Source: Dehalococcoidia bacterium
GTDB taxonomy: Bacteria > Chloroflexota > Dehalococcoidia > UBA6926
Reading direction: 5' to 3'
NCBI GenBank assembly: GCA_965220565.1
Contig: CBDCQG010000001.1
Location: 691,473-755,472 of the forward strand
Length of the DNA stretch: 64,000 bases
Part shown: piece by piece, positions 26,333 to 36,200 of the stretch
Numbering within the stretch: position 1 is the stretch's first letter
Layout: each line of letters opens with the position of its first letter
The notes under the pieces: model-generated
The model's database searches: none
What the model was told of the DNA's origin: nothing
Seen by the model: only the letters and a program-made list of their open reading frames with translations
Program-made: the position numbers and the translations under genes

Positions 26333-28816
26333 TCACACCAGCGCTCCGCTCTCCGTGAGGTTCTTGATTTCGTCGTCGCTCAAACCGATGACGTTGCGGT
26401 AGATGTCGTCACTGTGTTGGCCGGAGGTTGGGGCAGGGATGTCTGACTGCCCGGGAGTGTCGGACAGGCGCGCGCTGAGAGCGGGGTGTGTAAGCGGCGG
26501 CGACGCGTCCCACGGCGCGGGGGGTTGAACGGTGACGACGGAGCCGCGTTCTCGCAGGTGCGGGTCCCACACCAGCTTGTCCGGCCCCTGGTCCATTCCC
26601 GCCGGGACGCCGTGGCGATGGAGCCGGTCGAAGACCTGCTGCGGGTTCATCCCGGCCGTCCATTCACCGATGCGGCTGTCAAGTTCCTCCTTGTTCGCTA
26701 ACCGGCCCTCCAGCGTGTCCCATTTGCTGTCCTGCGCCCATGCGGGCGACTCCATGGCCACAACGAGCCGCCGCCAATCGTCGTCGTCGCGGCAGACGAT
26801 GGCGCACCACGCATCATGGCCGATGCACGCATAGACCTCGTGCGGGGCAAATCGCTCTGAGTTGTTGCCGTTCGCGACGGCGTCCACGCCGTTGATCGTG
26901 TAGTCCATGTAGAGCACACCCAGCGTGGAGGCAAGACCCTCAAGCTGGGCCACTTCGATGAACTGACCCTCGCCGGTCTGCGTCCGGTGTTCAAGCGCGG
27001 TCAGGATCGCGCCAACGGTGGCGGAACCGGCGACGTAGTCGGTATAACCGAGCTTTGGACGGGTGGTCATAGTGCTGTCTTTGTGACCCCAGATGTAACC
27101 GAGCCCGCAGAAGCCGAAGATCATCTGGCCATAGGTGATGTAGTGGTGCGCCGGGCCGGTCAGGCCCAAGCCGGGCATCTGGACGGCGATGATGTCCGAT
27201 TTCACCTTTTGCAGATCATCGTATCCGAGACCCATGCGATCCATGACGCCCGCGCGCCAGTTATCGATGACAACGTCTGATTCGGCAATGAGCCGCTTGA
27301 CGACGTCCAGTCCCTCGGGGTGCTGGGCGTTGATGGTCACGCTGCGCTTGGCGCGATTGAGTTCCGCGAATCCGCCGGTGTCCGGCCTGCGCGGCTGCGG
27401 GTGAGCATCCGTCTCCACCTTGATGACATCCGCGCCCAGGAAGGCGAGGAAACCGGTGGCAACGGGCCCAGCAACGGCCTGCGTGAAATCGACAACGCGG
27501 ACTCCATCCAGAGGCTTGGGAACGTGGGCGTTTGAGACACCGTTCTGTGCGCCGGCGGGGACGGCCGCCTGCTGCCCTCTCTCCTCTTGGGAGAGGGTTG
27601 GGGTGAGGGCCTCCGCCAAAACGTCGTCGGTGTGTTGGCCGACGGAGGGCGCAGGGCGGCGGACGCCCCACGGCGTGCGTGACATGCGGAACGGCGCGCC
27701 GGCAGTGCGATACGTGCCGATAACAGGATGCTCAAGGTTCTCGAACCAGTCGCGAGAGTTCGGGTGCGGATGATTCATGAAGTCGGAAATCTTGTGGATG
27801 GCCGTTGAGGGAATGCCGCGCCGCTGACCTTCGTCCACGAAGTCTTCGGTGTCTAACTGGGCAATGAAGTCCACCATCACGGCGTCGATCAGGTCGATGT
27901 TCTCGCGCCGCCAGACGGGATCGAGCATGTTCTCCGGCGTAACGTCATCCGACTCCATCCAGTCCGCGAGACGCGTGTAATGCCGATCCATATAGGTTGA
28001 GGTCTGGACAAAGCCGCCGTCTTTCGTTTCAAAGATGGACACGCCGGGGTTGCTTGGCGCGGAACCGGCGCGCCTCCTGATGTACTGGGAGAACGAATAA
28101 TCGCCCAGCACGATCATCAGCTGCCACAGGCCCACGTCCTGCAATGAGATGTCCACCTGCTGCCCACGGCCTGTAAGGTGACGGGCGCGCACGGCGGCCA
28201 TAACACCGAGAACCGTATGGAACCCCGCAACGCGGTAGAGCTGCTCCACCGGAACGAGGCATGGGCGCTCCTCGCTGTCGCCGTGGATATACATGACGCC
28301 CGTCATGGCCTGCACGGTCAGCTCCGTGCCGACATGGTCCTTGCGCGGGCCGGTGCGGCCATAGGGACTGATTGCCGCGTGAATCAGGCGGGGATTGGCG
28401 GCTGAGAGGTCTGCGTAGCCGATGCCAAGATCATCGAGGTAGGTCCTGTTGAAGCATTCAACGACCACGTCCGCTGTGGCGGCGAGGCGGCGGAGGGACT
28501 CGCGGCCATCGTCCGTTTCAAGATCGAGGACAACGCTGCGCTTGTTGTGGTTATCGGAAATGAACGGGATGCTCCGCTCAGGATCAGGCGTGTTGCCGGC
28601 AAACGGGGCCCGGTTGCGGAGGGGATCGCCGCCGGGCGGCTCTATCTTGATGACGTCCGCGCCGAGGTCGCCAAGCAGGCGCGTAGCGAACTGCGGCGTT
28701 GGGCCGCCGAGGTCGAGGACCCGCAGGTGTCCAAGCGCTGCGGCGTCGCGTCCATCCTGGTCAGTCATGACAGTCTCCCCCTGTTCTGCCACATCTGCCG
28801 ATTGTGCGCGTATCAT
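26333..28816 (-). CDS. Tandem (duplicated) family III CoA-transferase (CaiB/BaiF-like), two complete domains in one 827-aa polypeptide
   Basis: Domain 1 is LRVLDLGGPTPQFATRLLGDLGADVIKIE. Domain 2 is VRVVDFTQAVAGPVATGFLAFLGADVIKVE. They are joined by the linker ALTPTLSQEERGQQAAVPAG, which is encoded by a family-B interspersed repeat. Confidence 0.75.
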   Translation of the reverse strand: MIRAQSADVAEQGETVMTDQDGRDAAALGHLRVLDLGGPTPQFATRLLGDLGADVIKIEPPGGDPLRNRAPFAGNTPDPERSIPFISDNHNKRSVVLDLETDDGRESLRRLAATADVVVECFNRTYLDDLGIGYADLSAANPRLIHAAISPYGRTGPRKDHVGTELTVQAMTGVMYIHGDSEERPCLVPVEQLYRVAGFHTVLGVMAAVRARHLTGRGQQVDISLQDVGLWQLMIVLGDYSFSQYIRRRAGSAPSNPGVSIFETKDGGFVQTSTYMDRHYTRLADWMESDDVTPENMLDPVWRRENIDLIDAVMVDFIAQLDTEDFVDEGQRRGIPSTAIHKISDFMNHPHPNSRDWFENLEHPVIGTYRTAGAPFRMSRTPWGVRRPAPSVGQHTDDVLAEALTPTLSQEERGQQAAVPAGAQNGVSNAHVPKPLDGVRVVDFTQAVAGPVATGFLAFLGADVIKVETDAHPQPRRPDTGGFAELNRAKRSVTINAQHPEGLDVVKRLIAESDVVIDNWRAGVMDRMGLGYDDLQKVKSDIIAVQMPGLGLTGPAHHYITYGQMIFGFCGLGYIWGHKDSTMTTRPKLGYTDYVAGSATVGAILTALEHRTQTGEGQFIEVAQLEGLASTLGVLYMDYTINGVDAVANGNNSERFAPHEVYACIGHDAWCAIVCRDDDDWRRLVVAMESPAWAQDSKWDTLEGRLANKEELDSRIGEWTAGMNPQQVFDRLHRHGVPAGMDQGPDKLVWDPHLRERGSVVTVQPPAPWDASPPLTHPALSARLSDTPGQSDIPAPTSGQHSDDIYRNVIGLSDDEIKNLTESGALV
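27575..27610. repeat. Interspersed repeat, family B (CTCTTGGGAGAGGGTTGGGGTGAGGGC-like), inside the CoA-transferase inter-domain linker
   Basis: ccctctctcctcttgggagagggttggggtgagggc. A near-identical copy is at 53410-53444, and a related one at 44590-44620. Confidence 0.65.
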
Positions 28817-28852
28817 CCCGCGATGGGAATAATCTGTCTAGTTTTGGGCGAG

Positions 28853-29368
28853 CTACCCACCTACAAACCGCAGCAGCAGGCCGAGCAGGATGACGATCGG
28901 GCCGAGGACGAACAGGATGTTGGTGGGGGAGGCGAGGCGAGCCAGCGATGATCCGGCATCTGCAACGAGCCGTGTGAGAGGCCCGGGCAGGATCTCACTC
29001 CAAAGTCCTTCAACAGGGGACGAGCGACGACGGGGGCCTCTTCTGCTGAGCGAGATGGCGATGAGAAACATGGCTGCGGAGAGGACGAGCTTGACGGCCA
29101 GAATCACCGCGTAACCAAGGCCGATTTCCTGCGTGAGACGGTCATAGATAAGCAGCGCGCCGGTGATGATCAGCACCCACATCGAGAGATCGACAGTCTG
29201 CTTGAATCGTTCTCCAATCAGGCGGGGAAGATCGGGAGAGCCGACCCCGCTCTGCCGCATGGCAGGCCGCAACGCTGCCAGGTAGAAGATGTTGCCGCCC
29301 ACCCACGCGACGGTTGCGATGACGTGCGCCCACCGCGTGACAAGGACGGTCACTTCAAGAAAAGTCAT
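28853..29368 (-). CDS. Small polytopic membrane protein (DUF4149/CopD-like fold)
   Basis: 171-aa ORF with 4 predicted TM helices. Confidence 0.4.
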   Translation of the reverse strand: MTFLEVTVLVTRWAHVIATVAWVGGNIFYLAALRPAMRQSGVGSPDLPRLIGERFKQTVDLSMWVLIITGALLIYDRLTQEIGLGYAVILAVKLVLSAAMFLIAISLSRRGPRRRSSPVEGLWSEILPGPLTRLVADAGSSLARLASPTNILFVLGPIVILLGLLLRFVGG

Positions 29369-29440
29369 GGAGACAGTGTACGGGGAGGCGTGCAGAACCC
29401 GCGGACGGACCGCTAATCGTGTAACGACCGAAGCAGAACC

Positions 29441-30592
29441 CTAGACGCCAAGCGGTCGTCGGGCGTGTTCCAGATGTCCGACGTGGTGGCTTTCCTCATC
29501 GCATAGCTGAGTGGAGCGTTCGAGCTGCACGGTTACGTGGTCAATGCCATATCTTTGCTTGACAATGTCCTGCATCTGCTGAAGAAGTTCCTGATCGGAG
29601 CCCGGGTGCTCAGGTTCGATGAGCACGTGCGCGGTGAGCACCTCGTTGCCGGACGTAATCGTCCACACGTGCACGTCATGAATGACGGTCACCCCCGGCA
29701 GTTCTTCGATATCGGAGCAGAGTTTGTAAACGTCGATGTGCTCCGGCACTCCTTCCAGCAGCACGCGGAAGACCTGCATCACCAGGCTCCATGAGCTATA
29801 GAGAATGAGGAGGCCGATGACCACGCTGAGGATGGGGTCGATCAGCGTCCAGCCCGTCAGGATGATGACGATGCCTGAAATGACGACACCCACGGAACCC
29901 ATCAGGTCTGCCAGCACGTGCTGGAATGCGCCCTCCACGTTGATGCTGTGGCCGGATGAGCGGTGGAGAATCCATGCGGCGACAATGTTGACCAACAGAC
30001 CGCCGATACCGACGAGCAGAACCGGCCAGCCGTCCACATGGTGTTCGTCACGGATGAATCTGTGGTACGCCTCCCAGAAGATCCACCCGACGATCAGCCA
30101 CAGCGCCAGGGCGTTCATCAACGCCGCGAGTATCTCCGTTCGGTAGTAGCCGTACGTGCGCTCGATGGTGGCGCCGCGCTCCGCGATCCACATGGCGAAC
30201 AGCGCCATGCCGATTGCCGCGGCGTCCGTGAGCATGTGCCCGGCATCCGCGATGAGCGCCAGGCTTCCTGAAACGACGCCCCCGATAACCTCCGCGACCA
30301 TATAGGTCGAGATGAGGATCAGCGCAAAGAAGAGATTGCGGCGGCTTGCTCCCCGGAGATCGTGGGCGTGATCGTGGCCCGCGTGGCCGTGTCCATGGTC
30401 ATCATGGTCGTGGTCGTCGTGGCCGTCATGATCGTGGCCATCGTGGGTGTCATGGTCGTGGTCATCATGGGCGTCATGGTCGTGGTCATCATGGGCGTCA
30501 TGGTCGTGGTCATCATGAGCGTCATGATCATGATCTGCGTGTCGATGGTCTTCCTGGTCACTGCGAGCCATGGCGCTTCCGTCCCCTCTCAC
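29441..30592 (-). CDS. Cation diffusion facilitator (CDF) family metal efflux transporter with long His/Asp-rich N-terminal tail
   Basis: It has the CDF TM core (IADAGHMLTD, HVWTITSG) and the C-terminal cytoplasmic domain. The N-terminus carries about 60 aa of (H-D-D-H-D-H-D-A)n. Confidence 0.85.
   Translation of the reverse strand: MRGDGSAMARSDQEDHRHADHDHDAHDDHDHDAHDDHDHDAHDDHDHDTHDGHDHDGHDDHDHDDHGHGHAGHDHAHDLRGASRRNLFFALILISTYMVAEVIGGVVSGSLALIADAGHMLTDAAAIGMALFAMWIAERGATIERTYGYYRTEILAALMNALALWLIVGWIFWEAYHRFIRDEHHVDGWPVLLVGIGGLLVNIVAAWILHRSSGHSINVEGAFQHVLADLMGSVGVVISGIVIILTGWTLIDPILSVVIGLLILYSSWSLVMQVFRVLLEGVPEHIDVYKLCSDIEELPGVTVIHDVHVWTITSGNEVLTAHVLIEPEHPGSDQELLQQMQDIVKQRYGIDHVTVQLERSTQLCDEESHHVGHLEHARRPLGV
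30355..30540. repeat. 24-bp tandem repeat within the CDF gene (catggtcgtggtcatcatgggcgt x3 plus degenerate copies) encoding the HDDHDHDA repeats
   Basis: There are three perfect copies at 30451-30522, with decayed copies on both sides. Confidence 0.8.
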
Positions 30593-30714
30593 AGGACATC
30601 ACGTCCGCACTATAGGATCAACTATGTGTTCCGGAGTCTCTGCCTGGCCGTCCGGCAGCCATTGAACCGGATAGAAAACTCCGTGGCGCTCTGCTGGCGT
30701 GATTGGTCGGGTTG

Positions 30715-30762
30715 AGCCCCCGGGCCAAAAAACGAATAGCCACCGGAATCGGCGGCTATTCA
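30715..30762 (-). terminator. Rho-independent terminator downstream of the small His/Cys-rich peptide gene
   Basis: On the minus strand the hairpin GAATAGCCGCCG-attc-CGGTGGCTATTC is followed by GTTTTTTGG. Confidence 0.6.
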
Positions 30763-30780
30763 CTCAGTCGGCGGATGAAA

Positions 30781-30909
30781 CTAGCTGCCGTCCGCGTGGT
30801 GCTCGTGTTCATCGCACTCGTGCGGGTCATGCACGTGATTCGGCTCGTCTGCATGGTGCTCGTGCTCGTCGCACTCATGCTGATCGTGCTGATGTGCTGC
30901 GCTCGTCAT
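30781..30909 (-). CDS. 42-aa His/Cys/Glu-rich putative metal-binding peptide (internal duplication HECDEHEHHAD x2)
   Basis: The ATG at 30909 has a GGGAGG RBS 7 nt upstream. The product is MTSAAHQHDQHECDEHEHHADEPNHVHDPHECDEHEHHADGS. The gene has its own terminator. The ORF track's 108-aa version extends upstream without a plausible RBS. Confidence 0.6.
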   Translation of the reverse strand: MTSAAHQHDQHECDEHEHHADEPNHVHDPHECDEHEHHADGS

Positions 30910-31100
30910 CGCAACCTCCCATTTCCTTACGGCTGTCGGTTGTTCTGAATCCACTCTGTGCACGATGTAGATATGTGGCAAGGGTTTCGTGATACAAAGT
31001 ATCGCAATAGTCACTGACTGATATGAGGTATCCATAGGACAACCGAGGTTGCCGCAGGCCCCGCAAAGGGCGCGGCCCAGCCTGACTCCCCGCCCCCGTC

Positions 31101-31140
31101 CGCTCACCCTGAGCCTGTCGAAGGGCGAACGGACGGGCAG
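31101..31140. repeat. Interspersed repeat, family C (CTCACCCTGAGCCTGTCGAAGGGCGAACGG-like), intergenic
   Basis: cgctcaccctgagcctgtcgaagggcgaacggacgggcag. It resembles the widespread 'SLSKGE' type of small interspersed element. Confidence 0.5.
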
Positions 31141-31160
31141 GTTTTCTTACGGCTCTCCCG

Positions 31161-32072
31161 CTATGTCCGCGAGAGGCTTTGGACGTATTCCCGCACTGAC
31201 GCGGCGCACTCCTCAGGTCTCTCGAAGATCATGAAGTGGGAAGCTTCGGGCATGAAATCGTAGTTGATGCTGAGGATGTCGCTGAGGTCCATCGTCGGCA
31301 GATACGAGTAGGGCAGAGTGGGGTCGGCTCCCACCACCTTGACCGGACACACGATCTTGTCAAAGTCCACGGACACGGCGAAAACACCGGCATACTCAAC
31401 AACCTGCGCCTCATACTCGCGGGGGCACCGAAGTTCAAAGCCCTGTCCGTCGGCGGACTCGCCAAGAGTGGTCTCGGCCACGAGGGATGCGATTCCCGGG
31501 ACGACATTCTTGAATGTCGGCATAAACGGCAGCACGTCCGCAAAATCGGAACGCGTCTTGTATCGCTCAGTGCGCGTCCTGGTCAGATTGGCGGCGCGAG
31601 TCGCGGCAACCTCAAATTCTTCGTAGGACACACCCGGCCTGCAGACTGGCGGGTCGAACAGGTAGAGGCCGGATAGTCCATCCCCTCTTTGAGCGGATAG
31701 CAGGGCGACCAGCGCCGAGATGGAGTGGAAAACGCCAAAAGTAGGCTTGTCTCCATACTCCTCACGGATCGCGTCCAGCACCCGATCGTAATCACGGATG
31801 AACGTTGGGAGGTTGTGATTTGCAATGTCGCCCACGCTGTTCCAGCCATGATTTCTCAGGTCGTAGATGATGATGTCAAAGTCGTCCAGCAGGTTTGACC
31901 AGAACGGATAGTACAGGTCGATGGCCAGGCCGTTGCCATGGCACAGAATGAGTCGCGGCCCCTGGGGGTTGCCATGGCGTCTCAGCCGGATGACTGTGTT
32001 CTCATCGACCGTCACGTCATGGACGGACGTCGGCTCAGGAACCTGCCAGACAGGCTGGGGCGTTTCGGTCAC
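31161..32072 (-). CDS. Alpha/beta hydrolase (candidate chain-release thioesterase/hydrolase of the PKS operon)
   Basis: It has an HGNG oxyanion region and a GxSxG-like nucleophile elbow (VFHSISALV). 303 aa. It overlaps the PPTase gene by 4 nt. Confidence 0.65.
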   Translation of the reverse strand: MTETPQPVWQVPEPTSVHDVTVDENTVIRLRRHGNPQGPRLILCHGNGLAIDLYYPFWSNLLDDFDIIIYDLRNHGWNSVGDIANHNLPTFIRDYDRVLDAIREEYGDKPTFGVFHSISALVALLSAQRGDGLSGLYLFDPPVCRPGVSYEEFEVAATRAANLTRTRTERYKTRSDFADVLPFMPTFKNVVPGIASLVAETTLGESADGQGFELRCPREYEAQVVEYAGVFAVSVDFDKIVCPVKVVGADPTLPYSYLPTMDLSDILSINYDFMPEASHFMIFERPEECAASVREYVQSLSRT

Positions 32073-32866
32073 GCGAGCGCGTCCTCAATCCGGGACGACG
32101 GCACCGCTTCAATGGCGAGCGCGCCGACGAAATCGCCGGCGCTGAACCTGTGCAGCCGCCAGCACACATCCGGGAACTCCGGCAGTCGGACCTGGCCGGT
32201 GACTGCGCCTCCGCGCATGGCGGCCGGTGTTTCTATGCACTGCAGGTTCGCGGAGAGACCGATGCCGGTGGCCTTGATGATTGCCTCCTTGAGGGTCCAT
32301 ATCTCAAAGAATGCTCGTGCGTCAAAGTCTCTGTCCGTGCTTGAAACCGCAGCCTGCTCCTTCGTACTGAAAGTCGATTCGATGATTGCATCAAATCGGA
32401 ATTCCTGGTTGATCTCTTCGATATCGATGCCAACCTGGTGATCCGGCGAAATGGCTAGGACGCCATGGTCGCCGCTATGACTCACATTAAAGTGGAGCGG
32501 TGCGGGGACCCCGTCGACGTATGCCCGCGGCTTGCCTCGTTCCACCCAGCCAAACTCAAGCTCCTCATTGTCGCAGTTGAGAGTGTCGCAGAGAACCGCT
32601 CGCAGCGCGGCGCGGCTGAGCGCAAAACGCCGCCTCGGAGCCCCGGGGTGATAGCGTGTCCATCGTTCGCGTTCCCAGTCGTTCAGGAACTGCAAAGCCC
32701 CGGACTCTCGCGCCGCGTCCGGCGACAGATCGACATGAGTAACATCGACGCCGTCAAACTGCGCGAAGCAAGACCACCACTGATTGGCTGTGTTGGTGCC
32801 CATCGCTTCAATTGTATGCGGATAATTGCGATTCGGACTAATTGACGCCAAGAGGGAGCAGCCCAT
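32069..32866 (-). CDS. Sfp-type 4'-phosphopantetheinyl transferase
   Basis: It has the FNVSHSGDHGVLAIS and GIDIEEI motifs. 265 aa as called, so the start is uncertain. Confidence 0.75.
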   Translation of the reverse strand: MGCSLLASISPNRNYPHTIEAMGTNTANQWWSCFAQFDGVDVTHVDLSPDAARESGALQFLNDWERERWTRYHPGAPRRRFALSRAALRAVLCDTLNCDNEELEFGWVERGKPRAYVDGVPAPLHFNVSHSGDHGVLAISPDHQVGIDIEEINQEFRFDAIIESTFSTKEQAAVSSTDRDFDARAFFEIWTLKEAIIKATGIGLSANLQCIETPAAMRGGAVTGQVRLPEFPDVCWRLHRFSAGDFVGALAIEAVPSSRIEDALA

Positions 32867-32933
32867 GACTGCTCCCTCTCGCTTTGGCGCCCTTATTTCA
32901 AGTGGCCGCTTCTTGAAAGTGTGGGTGCGTGAA

Positions 32934-33179
32934 TCACGCAGCCTTCGATTCGATATAACCGATCAGATCGCCGACATTGGAGAAATTAGCGAAATCTTCA
33001 GGCGCAAGTGTGATGTTGAATTCGTCAGCCACGAGCTTGGCGAACGCAACCACCTGTGCCGACGCGACACCCGCGTCCGCAAAATTCAGTCCCATATCGA
33101 CGGGGCTGTTGGCTTCGCGCCCCTCGATCTCCAGGTTCTCGTCAATCAGCTTGCGAACCCTCTCTTCGGTTGTTGCCAT
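32934..33179 (-). CDS. Discrete acyl carrier protein (ACP/PCP-like)
   Basis: The 81-aa product starts from the ATG at 33179 with an AAGGAG RBS 8 nt upstream. It has a four-helix carrier-protein pattern. The region around the expected phosphopantetheine Ser is atypical (LNFADAGVAS). Confidence 0.55.
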   Translation of the reverse strand: MATTEERVRKLIDENLEIEGREANSPVDMGLNFADAGVASAQVVAFAKLVADEFNITLAPEDFANFSNVGDLIGYIESKAA

Positions 33180-33240
33180 TTTCAGGCTCCTTTCTCGTAA
33201 GCGAATCGCGACCAATTCTCATCCAATCGTTACGTAGAGT

Positions 33241-36200
33241 TTATCGTTTTACGGCTTTCTTCTCCACCCAGAACCGTCGACGCTGGAACGGGTAGCCGGG
33301 CAGCCTGATCTTTCGTCGTTCCTCCCCGGTGAATAGCCTGCTGAAGTCCACGTCATGCCCCGCCTCATAGGCCCGGGCCATGGCGTCCACCGTGCCAGAA
33401 TCCGTGTCGCCTGTGCTATCCACTGCCGCTGACTCGCTATCCCGGGTACCCGTTTCCTGTCCGGTGTCACCGGACGGAGAACCGGCATCCACAAGGCGTT
33501 CGAGGCCGCTCCGCAGCTCGTCTTGGTCTCTGAAAATCACGCACGCACGATGTGTAAAGTGACTTCGGCCGATGGACGCCGTCCACGCCATGTCTGCGAG
33601 CATGTCCGCAGTTGAGGCGCCGTCTTGGCCGCCATTGTCCAGCCACTCCAGGTAACTCGCTGCGAGGTCGCTCAGCGCGGCAGGATTCTTTGCCGAAAGG
33701 GGCAGAAGGCGTGCCGGCGGCTTTGTGGTCGCTTGCAGGTCGTCGGGGTTCAAACCGTTCTCAGCCGTGTAGCCTTCCACAATGACGTGCGCATTCGCGC
33801 CCGTCATGCCAAAGGTATTGATCCCGGCAATAGGGGCACGCGCGCCGTTGCCCGGCCACTCCTCCGCGTCCAGGGCAATCTGCAAAGGCATCTTCTTCCA
33901 ATCAATCTCCGGGCTTGGCGTGCTGAAATGGAGATGCCTGGGGATGAGATTGCGATTCATGGACAGCACGACCTTGATGAGGCTGGCCATGCCGGAGGCC
34001 GCTTCAAGGTGACCCACGTTCGTCTTGACTGATCCAAGGGTCAGCGGTTGGTCGCCGGGCCTGTCCTTCCCGTACACGTTTGCAATGGCATTCGCCTCAA
34101 TCGAATCGCCAAGTGGCGTCCCGGTCCCGTGAGCCTCAAGGTAATCAACGTCGGACGCAGAGATGCCGGACCTCTCCAGCGCCTCTCGCATAACCTTTTC
34201 CTGCGCCACGCCATTGGGGCTCGTGAAACTGAATCCCGCGCCATTCTGGTTGACTGCGGAACCCCGTACGACGCCCCAGATGCGATCCCCGTCTCTCTCC
34301 GCGTCGCCAAGCCGCTTGAGTATGACGAAACCGCAACCCTCGCCGCGCACGTAACCGTCGCCGGACGCGTCGAAGCTCGCCGTCTTGCCGCTCAGAGACA
34401 GCACGCCCAATTCCGCAAGGAACGTTGACGTTGACTGCGACAGCGCGATGTTCACGCCTCCCGCCAGGGCAAGATCAACCTCTCCGCGCTGCAGGGAGAC
34501 CACGCCCTGGTGCACTGCGGCGAGCGATGACGTGCAGGCAAGGTCGATCGGCACGGCAGGCCCTTGCAGCCCGAACGTGAACGCGATCCGGCCGACGGCC
34601 ATGCTTGGAATGGTTCCAAAGATGTCCTGGCCGCCGTTCATGGCAAGCACACTGCGGTACTCGCTGCCGCTGATGCCGGCATAGACGCCGGTTTGGCTTC
34701 CGCGCAATGCGTCCGGGTCGATCCCCGCATCCTCCAGCGCCTGCCACGCTGTTTCGAGGAGTAGGCGCTGCTGCGGGTCCATGGTGCGGGCCTCGATAGG
34801 CGCAATGCGGAAGAATCGGGCGTCGAATTCGTCAATATGATCCAGGAACGCGCCAAGACGCTCATAGGTGTTCTGCGCGGCGGGATCCCCAAAAACGCCC
34901 CTGTAGTCGCCGCCGTCCGTGCGCCCGTCCGTAACGGCGGACTCGCCGTTCTCAAGCAGACGCCAGAAGGCATCGAGGTTCTCTGACCCCGGGAAACGAC
35001 AGGCCATGCCGACGATGGCGATCGCATCGTCACCCGGACGCGGGCGCGGAGGCGACTCCGGCGTCCGCTCGTCTGCGGCGGCAACAGTTGTCGTGCTGCC
35101 GGCAGCCGCCCCCGGTTCACCGACTTCCTCGGCCAGATAAACTGCCAGCCGCGTGATGCTTGGGTAGTCAAAGACCACGGTGTTGGGCGCGACATAGAGA
35201 CCTTTGAGAGCGCTGTTGATGTTGTTCCTCAAAGCCACCGCCATGAGTGAGTCCATGCCAAGATCGGAGAACTCTGCTCCCGGGTTTGGTTGGGAGGGCA
35301 TGCGCATGATCGCCTGCAATTCATGCTGCAGAAACTCGGTAAACACGCTTTCGCGCTGCTCCAACGGCACGCCGCTGAGGCGGGCAGGCAAGTCATCCAT
35401 GGAGTCACCCGCCGAGGCAGAATCAGACTCGTCGGCAGCCGTGAATCTCTGCAGCATCGCCGGCGGATTCTGCATGTTTGACCGTATTGATTCCCAGTCG
35501 ATGGCGACGGCAACCGAATTGGTCCAGTCCTGCTTGATCAGGAACTCCAGCGTTTCAATGCCGCGTTCCGGCGTGATCCACCGGGAGCCTCTCTCTGCAA
35601 GCAGCTCGCCGATCCTCTCCCGCTGCTCCTCTGCCTCGCCAACCTCCGACCATGCGCCCCACGCGATCGCCTGGCCGGTCAGCCCCAGAGCCCGGCGATG
35701 TCGAACCAACTGGTCAAGGAATGTGTTGGCCGCGGCGTGATTCGACTGCCCCGGGTTCCCGAGGATTCCCGCCGCGCTTGAGAAAAGCACAAAGAGATCG
35801 AGGTCTCGATCCATCGTGGCGCGATGCAGATGCCATGCGCCCAAAACCTTTGGCCGGAGAATCTGCTCGAATCGCTCCCACGTTTGATTGCCGACCACGC
35901 CGTCCGAAAGCACACCAACGCTATGGATGACACCCGCGAGCGGCGGCAGTGATTGGTCGATACGCGTGAGCATTGCGTCGATTGCAGTGCTGTCCGTCAC
36001 GTCTGCAATCTCAACCTGTACGGTGACGCCGCGGGCGCGCAACTCGTCTATCGCATCCTGCGCTTCCGGGTCAGGATCACGCCGGCCGTTGAGCACGATT
36101 GCTCCTGCGCCCTTGTCCGCGAGCCAGCGCGCGACGGTGATGCCAATTCCGCCCAGTCCGCCGGTGATGAGGTATGTGCCGTCTTCTCGCAGGCGTTCAG

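Noticed and set aside
30355-30540. Regularly spaced 24-bp direct repeats that could be mistaken for a CRISPR array
   Set aside because: The repeats are contiguous with no spacers. They are in frame and encode the His/Asp tail of the CDF transporter.
30910-31107. Longer 108-aa version of the His-rich ORF
   Set aside because: There is no RBS at the far ATG. The RBS (GGGAGG) sits before the internal ATG at 30909, and the upstream extension has an unlikely sequence.
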